A stretch of DNA of 61,601 nucleotides, from assembly GCA_046050865.1 (NCBI GenBank), contig JBJOPG010000004.1, forward strand, positions 1 to 61,601. The letters run 5' to 3'. Below, piece by piece: positions 52,550 to 61,442 of this stretch. The first letter of the stretch is position 1. Every line of letters starts with the position of its first letter. The stretch is from Cyanobacteriota bacterium. Its GTDB lineage: Bacteria > Cyanobacteriota > Cyanobacteriia > Cyanobacteriales > Xenococcaceae. The position numbers were made by a program, and so were the translations under genes. The notes below the pieces were generated by a model. The model saw only the letters and a list, made by a program, of their open reading frames with translations, made no database searches and was not told the origin of the DNA.

Positions 52550-52909
52550 ATGTTTCAGTCAGAAGATGATTTCCCCCAAGACCAATCTCAAAATGCTCCC
52601 AACAAAGCGCCCGAGTCTGATTTGAATTTAGACAATATTGATGCCGGTCTCTCCATCGAAAGTGTTACGGTGCGCAAAAAACAACTAGAAGGCATTTTTT
52701 TAAAGCTAATCATCTTGGGCTTGGCACTAGGCACAATTTTGGGTGTTAGCGCCTATTATCTACTTCACAAATTTGGCTTAACAAAAAAACCTTATCAGCT
52801 AGAACAGGAAAAAATCGAACGGGAGCGAAAAGCAAATCCTGACACTCCCGTTAATAAAATCATTGATTTTCCTGCTTCAGATGATCCTGTTCATCGATTT
52901 CAAATCTAA
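52550..52909 (+). CDS. Single-TM hypothetical protein
   Basis: 119 aa with a central TM helix followed by KFGLTKKP. Confidence 0.7.
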   Translation: MFQSEDDFPQDQSQNAPNKAPESDLNLDNIDAGLSIESVTVRKKQLEGIFLKLIILGLALGTILGVSAYYLLHKFGLTKKPYQLEQEKIERERKANPDTPVNKIIDFPASDDPVHRFQI

Positions 52910-53244
52910 TGTCATAGCTTATTGACTTGGTTGCTATTGCGATCCCCATTCATATCATTTATGTCATGATTTCTTGACATAAATATCTTTACACTTCAGT
53001 AAACTCGTTGAAGAGTCGGATAGTCATGGCTAATAGTTGATCCCCAGGGGGATTTTGCTGCTATAAATAACTCAAGTGGTTAAAACCTTTCCCACACACG
53101 TACAAAATAATAAAAATAATTTAAATAGACGCGGACTAATTAAGGTTTAAAGACAAAACCTAAAGTATTAAAAACTTTTGTATAAGTCTTATACATGGCT
53201 GCCAGCAGCTAAACAACGTCTAATTAATCAAGGACTGTAAGTTA

Positions 53245-54471
53245 ATGGCAAAAGAACGTCCACCACTAGAAGAGATGACTTTGCGGCAGCTCAGGAGAGT
53301 TGCCAGCGAATATAAGATATCGCGGTATAGCAGAATGCGTAAATCGCAACTGTTAACTTCTATTAGAGAAGCAATTAAAAACACGGAACAAGAAAGATTT
53401 TCTCAAAATTCATCAGATATGCAGGAGGAACAGCAGGTGAAAGGAACAAAATTTGAAGTTGGTCAAGGCGAGAATATGATGGAAACTCTTGCTTCCGTAG
53501 ATCAAGACTTGGGCGAACTTCCTGACGGTTATGGTGAAAGTCGTATCATGTTAATGCCCCGTGATCCTCAATGGGCTTATGCTTACTGGGATGTTCCCAA
53601 TGACCATAAGGAGGAGCTTCGCCGTCAAGGGGGACAACAACTGGCGATTCGGATTTATGATGTAACCGATGTTAATCTTGATCACCAAGCACCTCACAGT
53701 GTTCAAGAGTATCTTTGTGATGAGATGGCTAGAGAATGGTATTTACCTATTCCCGTTAGCGATCGCGACTATGTAGCAGACATTGGCTACCGTTGTGCTG
53801 ATGGACGTTGGTTGGTGCTAGCTCGTTCCGCAACCGTCAGTATTCCTCCTGTGTATCCTTCAGACTGGATCGAAGATGCTTTTATCACTGTCAATTGGGA
53901 CGAAGACCTCAAGGGCAAGACTCTTTATACCCTTGTGCCCCCAGCCAAAAAGCAAGCATTAGGTGCTGATGCCGCTCAAAGCGATCGCCTTTATGATGCT
54001 GTATTTGGTATGACAAAAGATACTGAATCCATGCGGATGGCTGGTTCATTGTTCGGCTCTATGCAGCAAACTCCTGAAGCAGCAGTTAGTTCCTATGTCT
54101 TCCCTTCTGGGGCAGGAATGTGGGCTGTACCCACAGCTTCTGGTCAAAATATGTCTGGAGCAGGGTTCTCTGGAGATATAGCAGCGCCTCGTCCTCGTCA
54201 GTTCTGGCTAGTAGCTGATGCAGAGTTGATTGTTTATGGTGCCACAGAACCTGATGCCACTGTCACCATTGGCGATCGCCAGATTAAGCTCAATTCTGAT
54301 GGTACATTCCGCTTTCAAATGTCCTTCCAAGATGGCGTAATTGATTACCCCATTAAAGCGGTGGCGGTTGACGGCGAGCAGACTCGTTCCATTCACATGA
54401 ACTTTGAGCGTGAAACTCCTTCCCGCAACACCAACACTAAAGCTGAAGCCGTTGAAGAATGGTTTGCTTAA
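53245..54471 (+). CDS. DUF4912 protein with N-terminal Rho-N-like domain
   Basis: LEEMTLRQLR...YSRMRKSQL, PRDPQWAYAYW, FWLVADAELIVYGATE. Confidence 0.85.
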   Translation: MAKERPPLEEMTLRQLRRVASEYKISRYSRMRKSQLLTSIREAIKNTEQERFSQNSSDMQEEQQVKGTKFEVGQGENMMETLASVDQDLGELPDGYGESRIMLMPRDPQWAYAYWDVPNDHKEELRRQGGQQLAIRIYDVTDVNLDHQAPHSVQEYLCDEMAREWYLPIPVSDRDYVADIGYRCADGRWLVLARSATVSIPPVYPSDWIEDAFITVNWDEDLKGKTLYTLVPPAKKQALGADAAQSDRLYDAVFGMTKDTESMRMAGSLFGSMQQTPEAAVSSYVFPSGAGMWAVPTASGQNMSGAGFSGDIAAPRPRQFWLVADAELIVYGATEPDATVTIGDRQIKLNSDGTFRFQMSFQDGVIDYPIKAVAVDGEQTRSIHMNFERETPSRNTNTKAEAVEEWFA

Positions 54472-54515
54472 TCTAGACCCTTAGCTATCTCAGCTAAATC
54501 TACAAAATATCCCTA

Positions 54516-54549
54516 GAAGCCGAGGTGTAAAGATTGCTCCTCGGTTTTC
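54516..54549 (+). terminator. Intrinsic terminator
   Basis: AGCCGAGG...CCTCGGTTTT hairpin. Confidence 0.65.
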
Positions 54550-54611
54550 TGGCGATCGGCTATTATTTATACGTCTAGTGTATTTTGTTGAGTTTCTTGA
54601 GCAAGTATTTA

Positions 54612-55175
54612 ATGGTAAAGACTTCTTTAAAATCCCTGACCTTAGAAGAGTTTCTGAAATTACCAGAAACAGAACCTGCTAGTGAATATATGGGCGGACA
54701 AATCACCCAGAAACCAATGCCACAAGGAAAGCACAGCTCAATTCAGACAGAGTTATCTACAACTGTCAACATCCAGTTAAGACCTCAACGAATTGCCCGA
54801 GCATTTTCGGAGTTGCGCTGTACATTTGGTGGTCGGTCAACAGTTCCAGATGTATCTGTCTTCATCTGGGCGAGAATTGCACGAGATGAAAATGGCGAGA
54901 TTGCCAACGTTTTTCAGCTTGCACCAGATTGGACAATTGAAATATTATCACCAGATCAGAGTCAAACGAAAGTTACTAAAAATATCCTACATTGTCTTGA
55001 TCATGGCACTGAGATGGGATGGTTAATCGATCCTGATGAAAGAACTGTGTTTGTTTATCTGCCAAAGCAACAGACACTAGTGTTTGACTCGCCAGAACAG
55101 CAAATTCCTGTTCCATCGTTTGCCAACGAGCTAAAGCTGACCGTGGAGGAAGTTTTTACTTGGCTACTAGAGTAA
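54612..55175 (+). CDS. Uma2 family (PD-(D/E)XK) endonuclease
   Basis: LTLEEFL.LPET.PASEY, KPMPQGKHS, VPDV, APDWTIEILSP, GWLIDP. ATG 54612 is preferred over TTG 54585. Confidence 0.9.
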   Translation: MVKTSLKSLTLEEFLKLPETEPASEYMGGQITQKPMPQGKHSSIQTELSTTVNIQLRPQRIARAFSELRCTFGGRSTVPDVSVFIWARIARDENGEIANVFQLAPDWTIEILSPDQSQTKVTKNILHCLDHGTEMGWLIDPDERTVFVYLPKQQTLVFDSPEQQIPVPSFANELKLTVEEVFTWLLE

Positions 55176-55212
55176 CTCCTAAGAAACAAATTAATCTGCT
55201 GAGACTGGGAAA

Positions 55213-55236
55213 CCCTAAAGGGTACCGCTTCGCATA
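55213..55236. mobile_element. 24-nt twin-minihairpin element nested in the intergenic repeat at 55176-55280
   Basis: CCCTAAAGGG-TACC-GCTTCGC-ATA. It is absent from the other repeat copies and homologous to 61057-61080. Confidence 0.7.
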
Positions 55237-55394
55237 AGGTTAAAGGTAAAAGGTAAAAGGGTAGATTGATCTTTTTTATTGTTCATTGAAACCATTGATT
55301 TTTCGTTGTACTGCATAACGTCAGAGATTAATTGTTTTTATTGAGAATGACTGTAAGTTAAGATTCTCGACCTTGATTATGGGTAGCTTAAGCT

Positions 55395-56159
55395 ATGGCA
55401 TATGATGATTACAAATTAAATTTACTAGAATTTGACTTAAGATCATCAATGACCGAAACCGTCTCCCCCGCAGCCTCAGAAATCAAAGCAATTTTTGATC
55501 GCATTGCTCCCGTATACGATCGCCTGAATGATCGCCTTAGTTTTGGACAGCATCGCATCTGGAAGCTCATGGCGGTTAAGTGGAGTGAAGCTAAAGCAGG
55601 GGATCATGCCCTCGATGTCTGCTGTGGGAGCGGAGATCTTGCCCTATTATTGGCTAAACAAGTTGGTACTTCAGGTCGGGTAACTGGTTTAGATTTTGCC
55701 TGTGAGCAACTGGCGATCGCTAAACAACGACAGCTGAAAAACTGTCCCACCGTGACGATGGAATGGCTTGAAGGGGATGCCCTAGCTCTACCTTTTGCTG
55801 ATAATCAGTTTGACTGTGGCACCATGGGCTATGGATTGAGGAATGTAACGAATATCCCCCGCAGTCTTAAAGAATTATTACGAGTTTTGAAACCAGGCAG
55901 CAAGGCAGCAATCCTCGATTTTCATCGTCCCGATGCTGATCTGATGCAACTATTTCAGGCATGGTATTTAGCTAACGTTGTTGTGCCCACTGCCTCTGAC
56001 ATGGGGATGAAAGAAGAATATGCTTATATTAATCCTAGTGTCGAACGATTTCCCACAGGGGGAGAACAAATTGAACTAGCTCACGAAGCAGGTTTTTCCC
56101 AGGCTGTTCACTATCCTTTGATGGGTGGCATGATGGGAATATTGGTATTAACCAAATAA
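55395..56159 (+). CDS. menG: Demethylmenaquinone/2-phytyl-naphthoquinol methyltransferase (UbiE/MenG)
   Basis: FDRIAPVYDRLND.LSFGQH..WK, DVCCGSGD, MGYGLRNV, RVLKPG. The start may be ATG 55449. Confidence 0.9.
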   Translation: MAYDDYKLNLLEFDLRSSMTETVSPAASEIKAIFDRIAPVYDRLNDRLSFGQHRIWKLMAVKWSEAKAGDHALDVCCGSGDLALLLAKQVGTSGRVTGLDFACEQLAIAKQRQLKNCPTVTMEWLEGDALALPFADNQFDCGTMGYGLRNVTNIPRSLKELLRVLKPGSKAAILDFHRPDADLMQLFQAWYLANVVVPTASDMGMKEEYAYINPSVERFPTGGEQIELAHEAGFSQAVHYPLMGGMMGILVLTK

Positions 56160-56207
56160 AATATAGAATATGCGGCTACAATTTAATCTTCTGTTACCTG
56201 ATCTTTA

Positions 56208-57458
56208 TTGTCGATTCAATATACTGTTTTGGCACTAGCTAATCTCTGGATATTTTTGGTTCCTCCCATAGCTGGCAGCATCATTGGCTATTTCACAAAC
56301 GATATAGCAATCAAGATGTTGTTTCGCCCCTACAGAGCTATTTACCTTGGTAAACGTAAACTTCCTTTTACCCCTGGGTTGATTCCGAGTAACCAAGAGC
56401 GCTTGGCACAAAAAGTTTCTGATACCATCATGGGTTCTTTACTGACCCCAGGGGAATTACAAAAGCTAGCGCAAAGATTGTTAGCCACGGAGCGGATTCA
56501 AGGGGCAATTTTATGGCTCATAAAATTAGCTCTCAAGCAGGTTAAATCGGATCGGGAGCAAAAGACTGCCAAAATTTTAGGTAACATCCTCCGTGATCTA
56601 TTTAGTCAGTCCTTACCTCGATTGTTAAAAGTACTGGCTCGCCGGGAAGATTTTCTCGAAGCACAGGTCAATCAGATTTTTGACCAGATTCTCCTCAATT
56701 TCCAGCTCAAAGATGAGCAAGCTAAAAAGTTTGCCGACTGGCTACTCAGTTCCGTATTGCCTCCCAATACCATTCGCCTCGCGATGATTGATTTTTTGAG
56801 TGAGCGCAATATTCAAATTATTGATGAAGGTTTTCGAGAAAAAACTAGCGGCACTTACTGGGTGGTGGCAAACCTCTTTGGTTTAAGCAATAGTTTAGTT
56901 AGACTACGGGCTTTCTGTCTTGAAGAACCAGAGATTACCAACGCTCGCTTGGAAGAGTTAAGTTTTTCACTGCAAATTCGCGATCGCATCAAAAATTGGT
57001 TGATGAACCTTTCGCTGCAAAATCTTCCTGTCTCCACCGTCAGACAACTACGTAAAACTGTGCGGGAGGCGGTAAGTAACTATGTGCGGTCAGAAGGGGG
57101 TAAAGTTGTTGCTGGTTTAGGAGAATCGGTAGAATGGGAAAATCTAGCGGCGTTAATCCTCAAGAGGTTACAGTCGTCCCCCACCCTCAATGATTCTTTA
57201 GAGGTCATTAGCCAAGAATTAGCCTTAGTATTAGAGCGCTATTTAGAAGAAGATTTAGAAAAATTAGTAGCTCAAGCTATTCCCATTCTCTCTATCGATC
57301 AGGTAATTATCGATCGCGTTTCTGCCACCACTCCCGAAGAATTAGAGCAGGCAGTGCAGGGAATTGTCAAAAGCGAACTTCAGGCGATCGTCAATCTAGG
57401 AGGCATACTCGGTTTTATCGTCGGATTACTACAGACAGTTCTAATGTTGTTTTATTAA
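56208..57458 (+). CDS. DUF445 family membrane protein
   Basis: [17 protein letters not shown]...GLIP and [17 protein letters not shown]. Confidence 0.9.
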   Translation: MSIQYTVLALANLWIFLVPPIAGSIIGYFTNDIAIKMLFRPYRAIYLGKRKLPFTPGLIPSNQERLAQKVSDTIMGSLLTPGELQKLAQRLLATERIQGAILWLIKLALKQVKSDREQKTAKILGNILRDLFSQSLPRLLKVLARREDFLEAQVNQIFDQILLNFQLKDEQAKKFADWLLSSVLPPNTIRLAMIDFLSERNIQIIDEGFREKTSGTYWVVANLFGLSNSLVRLRAFCLEEPEITNARLEELSFSLQIRDRIKNWLMNLSLQNLPVSTVRQLRKTVREAVSNYVRSEGGKVVAGLGESVEWENLAALILKRLQSSPTLNDSLEVISQELALVLERYLEEDLEKLVAQAIPILSIDQVIIDRVSATTPEELEQAVQGIVKSELQAIVNLGGILGFIVGLLQTVLMLFY

Positions 57459-57772
57459 AAACTTTATTTCTCTCCTTAATTGCATTAATTTCTAAAACCT
57501 GACGACGTGTTTGATATTGTGCCTCCAAAAAAATTTCAAGCAATCTTTTAGGCGATCGCTAATTACCAAAAGCGATGTCAGAATACCTCTCTTTCGTAAG
57601 AGTGGGTTAAAAACTTAATTTCTCGTTGACTAAAATGATAGACTCGTTAAATTTGCCTGAAGTGACAAAAGAAAGGTAAGTAGAACGATTATCAGATCCT
57701 TTGATCTTAATTAAAGGGCATTCTGTATTTATGACTGCTAAAAATCTTGAATAGCCAAGTTTAAAAATACAG

Positions 57773-59137
57773 ATGAGTGAGCATTTAATTGATCTAGATG
57801 AGTTAGTACTTCGTTGCCAAGATAAAACCACAAAAGAATATATTCAGGAAGCAGTTTCCTGTTACCGAGCAGGTGCTTTTCGCTCTTGTATTGTTTCTAC
57901 TTGGAACGCGGTGGTTTTTGACTTTATTCATAAATTAGGTCAATTAGAACTTACTGGAGATAGACAAGCAAAAGTCGAACTAGAAACATTTGAAAAAGAT
58001 CGTTCAGCAAAAAAATTCAAAGAAATGTGGGAATTTGAAAGTAAAATTCCTCAGCTTGCACAAGAAAAATATGAATTTATATCACCAATAGAACGTCAAG
58101 ATTTAGAAAGATTGCATGAAGATCGTAGTCTTTGCGCTCATCCTTCTATGCATTCGATGGGAGAACCATTTCACCCGACGCCTGAGTTAGCACGTTGTCA
58201 CCTAAGAAATGCGATAACACATTTATTACAACATCCACCTGTTCAAGGAAAAGCTGCACTAAATCATATCTGGGATACCATTAAATCTGAATACTTCCCT
58301 GAAGACGTTGAACAAGCAATTCAAAGTTTTAAAACCAGTTATTTAGCTCGCGCTCGTAAATCTTTAATCAAAGATATTGTAACTGGGTTAACAAAAAGTT
58401 TATTGCTTGATAATAAGCCTGTTAAAGAACAAAGGCGTATGTATGCTGCTTTAATTGCTGTCAAAAAACTTTATTTCAATCAAGTTGAGGAAATTGTTAA
58501 TAATAAGCTTGCCCAAATTGTTAATTCTGTTTCTGATGAAGAATGGAATCAGGTTTTCTTTTATATACGTCGTATGGATGCATGGCAAGCTTTAAACTCT
58601 GCTCAGCAAATTAAAGCTAAAAACTATTTAGAAGCAATAGAAAAAATTGATACAGTCAATTCTTACGTATTACTAAATTCTTTAGAGACCAAAGAAATTG
58701 AAGAATTTGCATTCAAACAAATTGAACAATTCAAAAACAATGAATTATCATATCTTATTGCAGCAATTGATAAAAAAAAGCACCTCTTAAAGTCTGATAA
58801 GATAGATGAGATTATTAAAATTTATAAGCCTTATATCGTACAACAGTTTATTGAATCAGGACAGTTTTGGTATTCTGCTAATTATGGACATAAATTATTG
58901 TGTGTATCTGAATATCTTAAAGAAGAAGAAATAAAAACTATTTTGGACAGCTTTTGTGAAAACTATCAAATTTATGGGGCTGAAAAAGATGTTCCTGAGA
59001 TTATGACAGAATTTTTCAACAAAACTATTCATCTAGCTAATTCTGCCAAAAGTGAGTGGCTATCAGTTCGGGAGAAAATTGAAGGAAGAGATGTTTATAC
59101 TGAATTACTCAATTTAATCGACAAACAATTCCCTTAA
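57773..59137 (+). CDS. Hypothetical AT-rich protein with N-terminal HEPN-like domain
   Basis: EAVSCYRAGAFRSCIV...RSLCAH (Rx4H). No HIP1 site within the gene. Confidence 0.7.
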   Translation: MSEHLIDLDELVLRCQDKTTKEYIQEAVSCYRAGAFRSCIVSTWNAVVFDFIHKLGQLELTGDRQAKVELETFEKDRSAKKFKEMWEFESKIPQLAQEKYEFISPIERQDLERLHEDRSLCAHPSMHSMGEPFHPTPELARCHLRNAITHLLQHPPVQGKAALNHIWDTIKSEYFPEDVEQAIQSFKTSYLARARKSLIKDIVTGLTKSLLLDNKPVKEQRRMYAALIAVKKLYFNQVEEIVNNKLAQIVNSVSDEEWNQVFFYIRRMDAWQALNSAQQIKAKNYLEAIEKIDTVNSYVLLNSLETKEIEEFAFKQIEQFKNNELSYLIAAIDKKKHLLKSDKIDEIIKIYKPYIVQQFIESGQFWYSANYGHKLLCVSEYLKEEEIKTILDSFCENYQIYGAEKDVPEIMTEFFNKTIHLANSAKSEWLSVREKIEGRDVYTELLNLIDKQFP

Positions 59138-59155
59138 TCAATAGAGCGATCGCAT

Positions 59156-59452
59156 TTACCACAACGACAATTGACCCTCACTAACGCTGCTATACCGCCC
59201 TCGATGTAAACTCAAATGGCAAACAGCACAGACAGACAGCAGATTAGATAATCGATTATCTCTCGTGTCATGATTGCGATGATGCACCTGCAAAATATCA
59301 GCCGTCCACTCCGAACGAGTTAAATTCTCTGGTCTTGCCCCTGGTTCATAACATTTTTTCCCGCAGCATCCACAGCGCCAGTTGTTGCTCTCTTTCACTG
59401 TCCGAGCTAATTCTTGCCAATTATCGGGGTAGAGACTTGGGTTTACAGGCAT
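59156..59452 (-). CDS. Small HNH endonuclease
   Basis: YPDNW, CGCCG, LQVHH....DN...NL..VCAVCH. Confidence 0.88.
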   Translation of the reverse strand: MPVNPSLYPDNWQELARTVKESNNWRCGCCGKKCYEPGARPENLTRSEWTADILQVHHRNHDTRDNRLSNLLSVCAVCHLSLHRGRYSSVSEGQLSLW

Positions 59453-59497
59453 TTTAGTAAGGTGCGATCGCTGTTGAGTTTATTTTATCGTAGAGTA

Positions 59498-59528
59498 GCG
59501 ATTAGGTTCTGCTTACCCTGCGGATCTC
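59498..59528 (+). mobile_element. 21-nt element inserted in a HIP1-like site
   Basis: GCGAT-TAGGTTCTGCTTACCCTGCGG-ATCTC, 15/21 identical to the element at 59653-59683. Confidence 0.55.
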
Positions 59529-59652
59529 TCTTGGATTGGGAAATATTGAATCTGGAAATACTAAAACTGTTTAACTAAAGTAGTAGTCATCTTTCGACAG
59601 ATGCGAAAATCTCAAACAGCAACTTATAATTACGCCTTGAACTTTACCTGAA

Positions 59653-59683
59653 GTGATCCATAGGGTACGCGGAGCGTAATCGC
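59653..59683 (-). mobile_element. 21-nt element inserted in a HIP1-like site
   Basis: Minus strand GCGAT-TACGCTCCGCGTACCCTATGG-ATCAC. Confidence 0.6.
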
Positions 59684-59724
59684 TTTAACCTTTTTCATTA
59701 GTTTTGTTCTTACTTGAAATTTTG

Positions 59725-59982
59725 CTAAATTTCTCCTTTGTAAGTTGATGACCAACCAAATAACTTTCGTAACTTTTGCGAAGGATTGAATTTAAAAACG
59801 CTTCCCTCTCGCTTGACTTTTATATAGAAAGTACCAAAATCACGTACACTTACACTTTCTCCCTGTTTGAGAGATTGAGAAATCTCATCTAAAGTAATAT
59901 TAATAATATCTTCTACTTCTTGGGAGTTATGACTAACTCGTTGAGTAACACGCTTGATTAAGTCTTTCTTGTTAATAGACAT
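59725..59982 (-). CDS. HU/IHF-family DNA-binding protein (short-arm variant)
   Basis: INKKDLI...L..I...L..GESV.V.DFGTF...FKFNPSQKLR. Confidence 0.8.
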   Translation of the reverse strand: MSINKKDLIKRVTQRVSHNSQEVEDIINITLDEISQSLKQGESVSVRDFGTFYIKVKREGSVFKFNPSQKLRKLFGWSSTYKGEI

Positions 59983-60058
59983 CTTTACAGAGTAATTACT
60001 GCTACTGATTTAATTAATAGTATGTTTAAAAAGGGACACAATTGAGGTATTCAAAAAA

Positions 60059-60700
60059 ATGGTAGAAGTTCCGAATCGATTAGCAATTAGACAAAACTTA
60101 CTCGAAGAGATCGAACAACTTAAGAACAACCAAAAAACTCTTGTTGATTCACCCATTACAGATTTAGAAATTCAGCCTCAGAAAGTTCAGCTAATCGAAA
60201 AATTAACCCAGGCTTTGGAGAAGTTAAACCCTTTCCCACGTCCTCTATTGTATGGTATTAATCTACTTGATGGCGCTTGGTTATTACAATATTCAAATGC
60301 CAGAGAAATTCGTTCTCTAAAAAGTTTGCCTTTTGGATTTTTAGTAGGCAAAGTTTATCAAATTATCAATGTTAATCATGCTAGTTTTGAAAATAAAGCA
60401 TCGGTGCAACATAGTTCGGGTTTATTATCAGGTTATGTGAGAATAACAGCTACTTTTGAAGCTGAAAAGCAAGAAGATCTTCAACTTCCTAACCAGAAGA
60501 TTAAGATTGATTTTAAACAACGTTTTCTAGGAATCAATCGAATTTTAGGGATTAAGACAAATTTACTCGACCCGATTAGAGTCGTAGTAGCAAAAAACCC
60601 TATTGGTAGAACTCCCACCTTAGATATCACTTATGTTGATGAAACAATGAGAATTGGTCGAGGTGGTGATGGTAGTTTGTTTGTTTTGACCAAAGTTTGA
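60059..60700 (+). CDS. PAP/fibrillin family protein
   Basis: LEKLNP, LDGAWLLQYS, VYQII, LDITYVDETMRIGRGGDGSLFVL. Confidence 0.9.
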   Translation: MVEVPNRLAIRQNLLEEIEQLKNNQKTLVDSPITDLEIQPQKVQLIEKLTQALEKLNPFPRPLLYGINLLDGAWLLQYSNAREIRSLKSLPFGFLVGKVYQIINVNHASFENKASVQHSSGLLSGYVRITATFEAEKQEDLQLPNQKIKIDFKQRFLGINRILGIKTNLLDPIRVVVAKNPIGRTPTLDITYVDETMRIGRGGDGSLFVLTKV

Positions 60701-60701
60701 A

Positions 60702-60752
60702 GCGATTTCCCTCCAAAGGATCTCACCCGAATGGGTGTACCCTAAGGATCGC
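60702..60752 (+). mobile_element. 41-nt insert splitting a HIP1 site
   Basis: GCGAT-TTCCCTCCAAAGGATCTCACCCGAATGGGTGTACCCTAAGG-ATCGC. It shares the TACCCTNNGG-ATC end with the 59498 and 59653 elements. Confidence 0.6.
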
Positions 60753-60761
60753 ATATGTAAT

Positions 60762-60794
60762 AAAAAACCCAGTCACTATCATTAGCAACTGGGC
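60762..60794 (-). terminator. Intrinsic terminator of hsp20
   Basis: GCCCAGTTGCTA...TAGTGACTGGGTTTTTT on the minus strand. Confidence 0.75.
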
Positions 60795-60816
60795 AAAACT
60801 ATTTAGTCTATATGAC

Positions 60817-60861
60817 GAGGACACGGGGCTCGAATTTAGTTCGCGCCTGTGAGATGTCCGT
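60817..60861 (+). mobile_element. 45-nt hairpin element (GAGGAC...GTCCGT) in the hsp20 3' UTR
   Basis: Same length and termini as the in-frame hsp20 insert at 61094-61138, but a different internal hairpin. Confidence 0.65.
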
Positions 60862-60883
60862 TAAGTTTGTTATCCTGGTCAGA

Positions 60884-61411
60884 TTATTCGGCAGCTTCGC
60901 CTAAAAGATTTACTTTCACTACTTTGTTTTTTTCTTCTTCCGACTTAGGTAAAGTCAGATTGAGAATACCGTCTTTGTAGTCTGCGGTAACGTTGGTGTT
61001 TTGAATGCGTACTGGTAGAGGAATGACTCTAGAGAATTTGCCGTATCTAAATTCAGTCCTAAAGGATACACCTTCGGATAAGCGAGTTCTACCACGGACG
61101 TATCGAGCTGCCGAGGAGACCTCGGCAGTCTTGTCCTCATCTTCCTCAGTCTTGGTTTCAGATCTGCGTTCACCGGCGATCGCCACTCGATCAGCCATAA
61201 CTTGAACGTCTAAATCTTTAGCTTCCATGCCTGGAACTTCAAGTTTGAGATGTACTGCATCATCAGTCTCGATTAGTTCGGCAGCAGGTACTTTAGATAG
61301 ATTGCCAAAATCGCCCCAGTTGTCAGAAGTCAAAGCATCTTCAAATAGGTGATTTAATTGGCGTTGTAAAGAATTCATTTCATGCCAAGGGTTGTAACGT
61401 ACTAAAGCCAT
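60884..61411 (-). CDS. hspA: Hsp20/alpha-crystallin small heat-shock protein with two in-frame inserts
   Basis: MALVRYNPW...VPAAEL...LEVPG...EFRYGKFSRVIPLP...ADYKDGILNLTLPK. GAAGGAGA RBS before ATG 61411, so the ORF-track start at 61489 is unlikely. Confidence 0.92.
   Translation of the reverse strand: MALVRYNPWHEMNSLQRQLNHLFEDALTSDNWGDFGNLSKVPAAELIETDDAVHLKLEVPGMEAKDLDVQVMADRVAIAGERRSETKTEEDEDKTAEVSSAARYVRGRTRLSEGVSFRTEFRYGKFSRVIPLPVRIQNTNVTADYKDGILNLTLPKSEEEKNKVVKVNLLGEAAE
61057..61080. mobile_element. 24-nt twin-minihairpin element inserted in frame in hsp20
   Basis: TCCTAAAGGA-TACA-CCTTCGG-ATA. Removing it restores ACT CGC TCT GAA TTT (TRSEF). Confidence 0.75.
61094..61138 (-). mobile_element. 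45-nt hairpin element inserted in frame in hsp20
   Basis: GAGGAC-AAGA-CTGCCGAG-GTCTC-CTCGGCAG-CTCGATAC-GTCCGT. Removing it restores KTEED|GRTR. Confidence 0.75.
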
Positions 61412-61442
61412 GATTCTGTCTCCTTCAATCAATAGTTTATTT

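Noticed and set aside
54612-55175. Uma2 nuclease as a defence or mobile system
   Set aside because: This family is highly expanded in cyanobacteria, and the gene stands alone with no partner genes.
60812-61141. Hammerhead-ribozyme resemblance of the 45-nt elements (GAYGA-GGAC...GTCC-G)
   Set aside because: The core needs CUGANGA and GAAA plus stems I and III. Here the flanks are ATGACGA/AAGATGA and GTTA/GTGG, and no other stems are evident.
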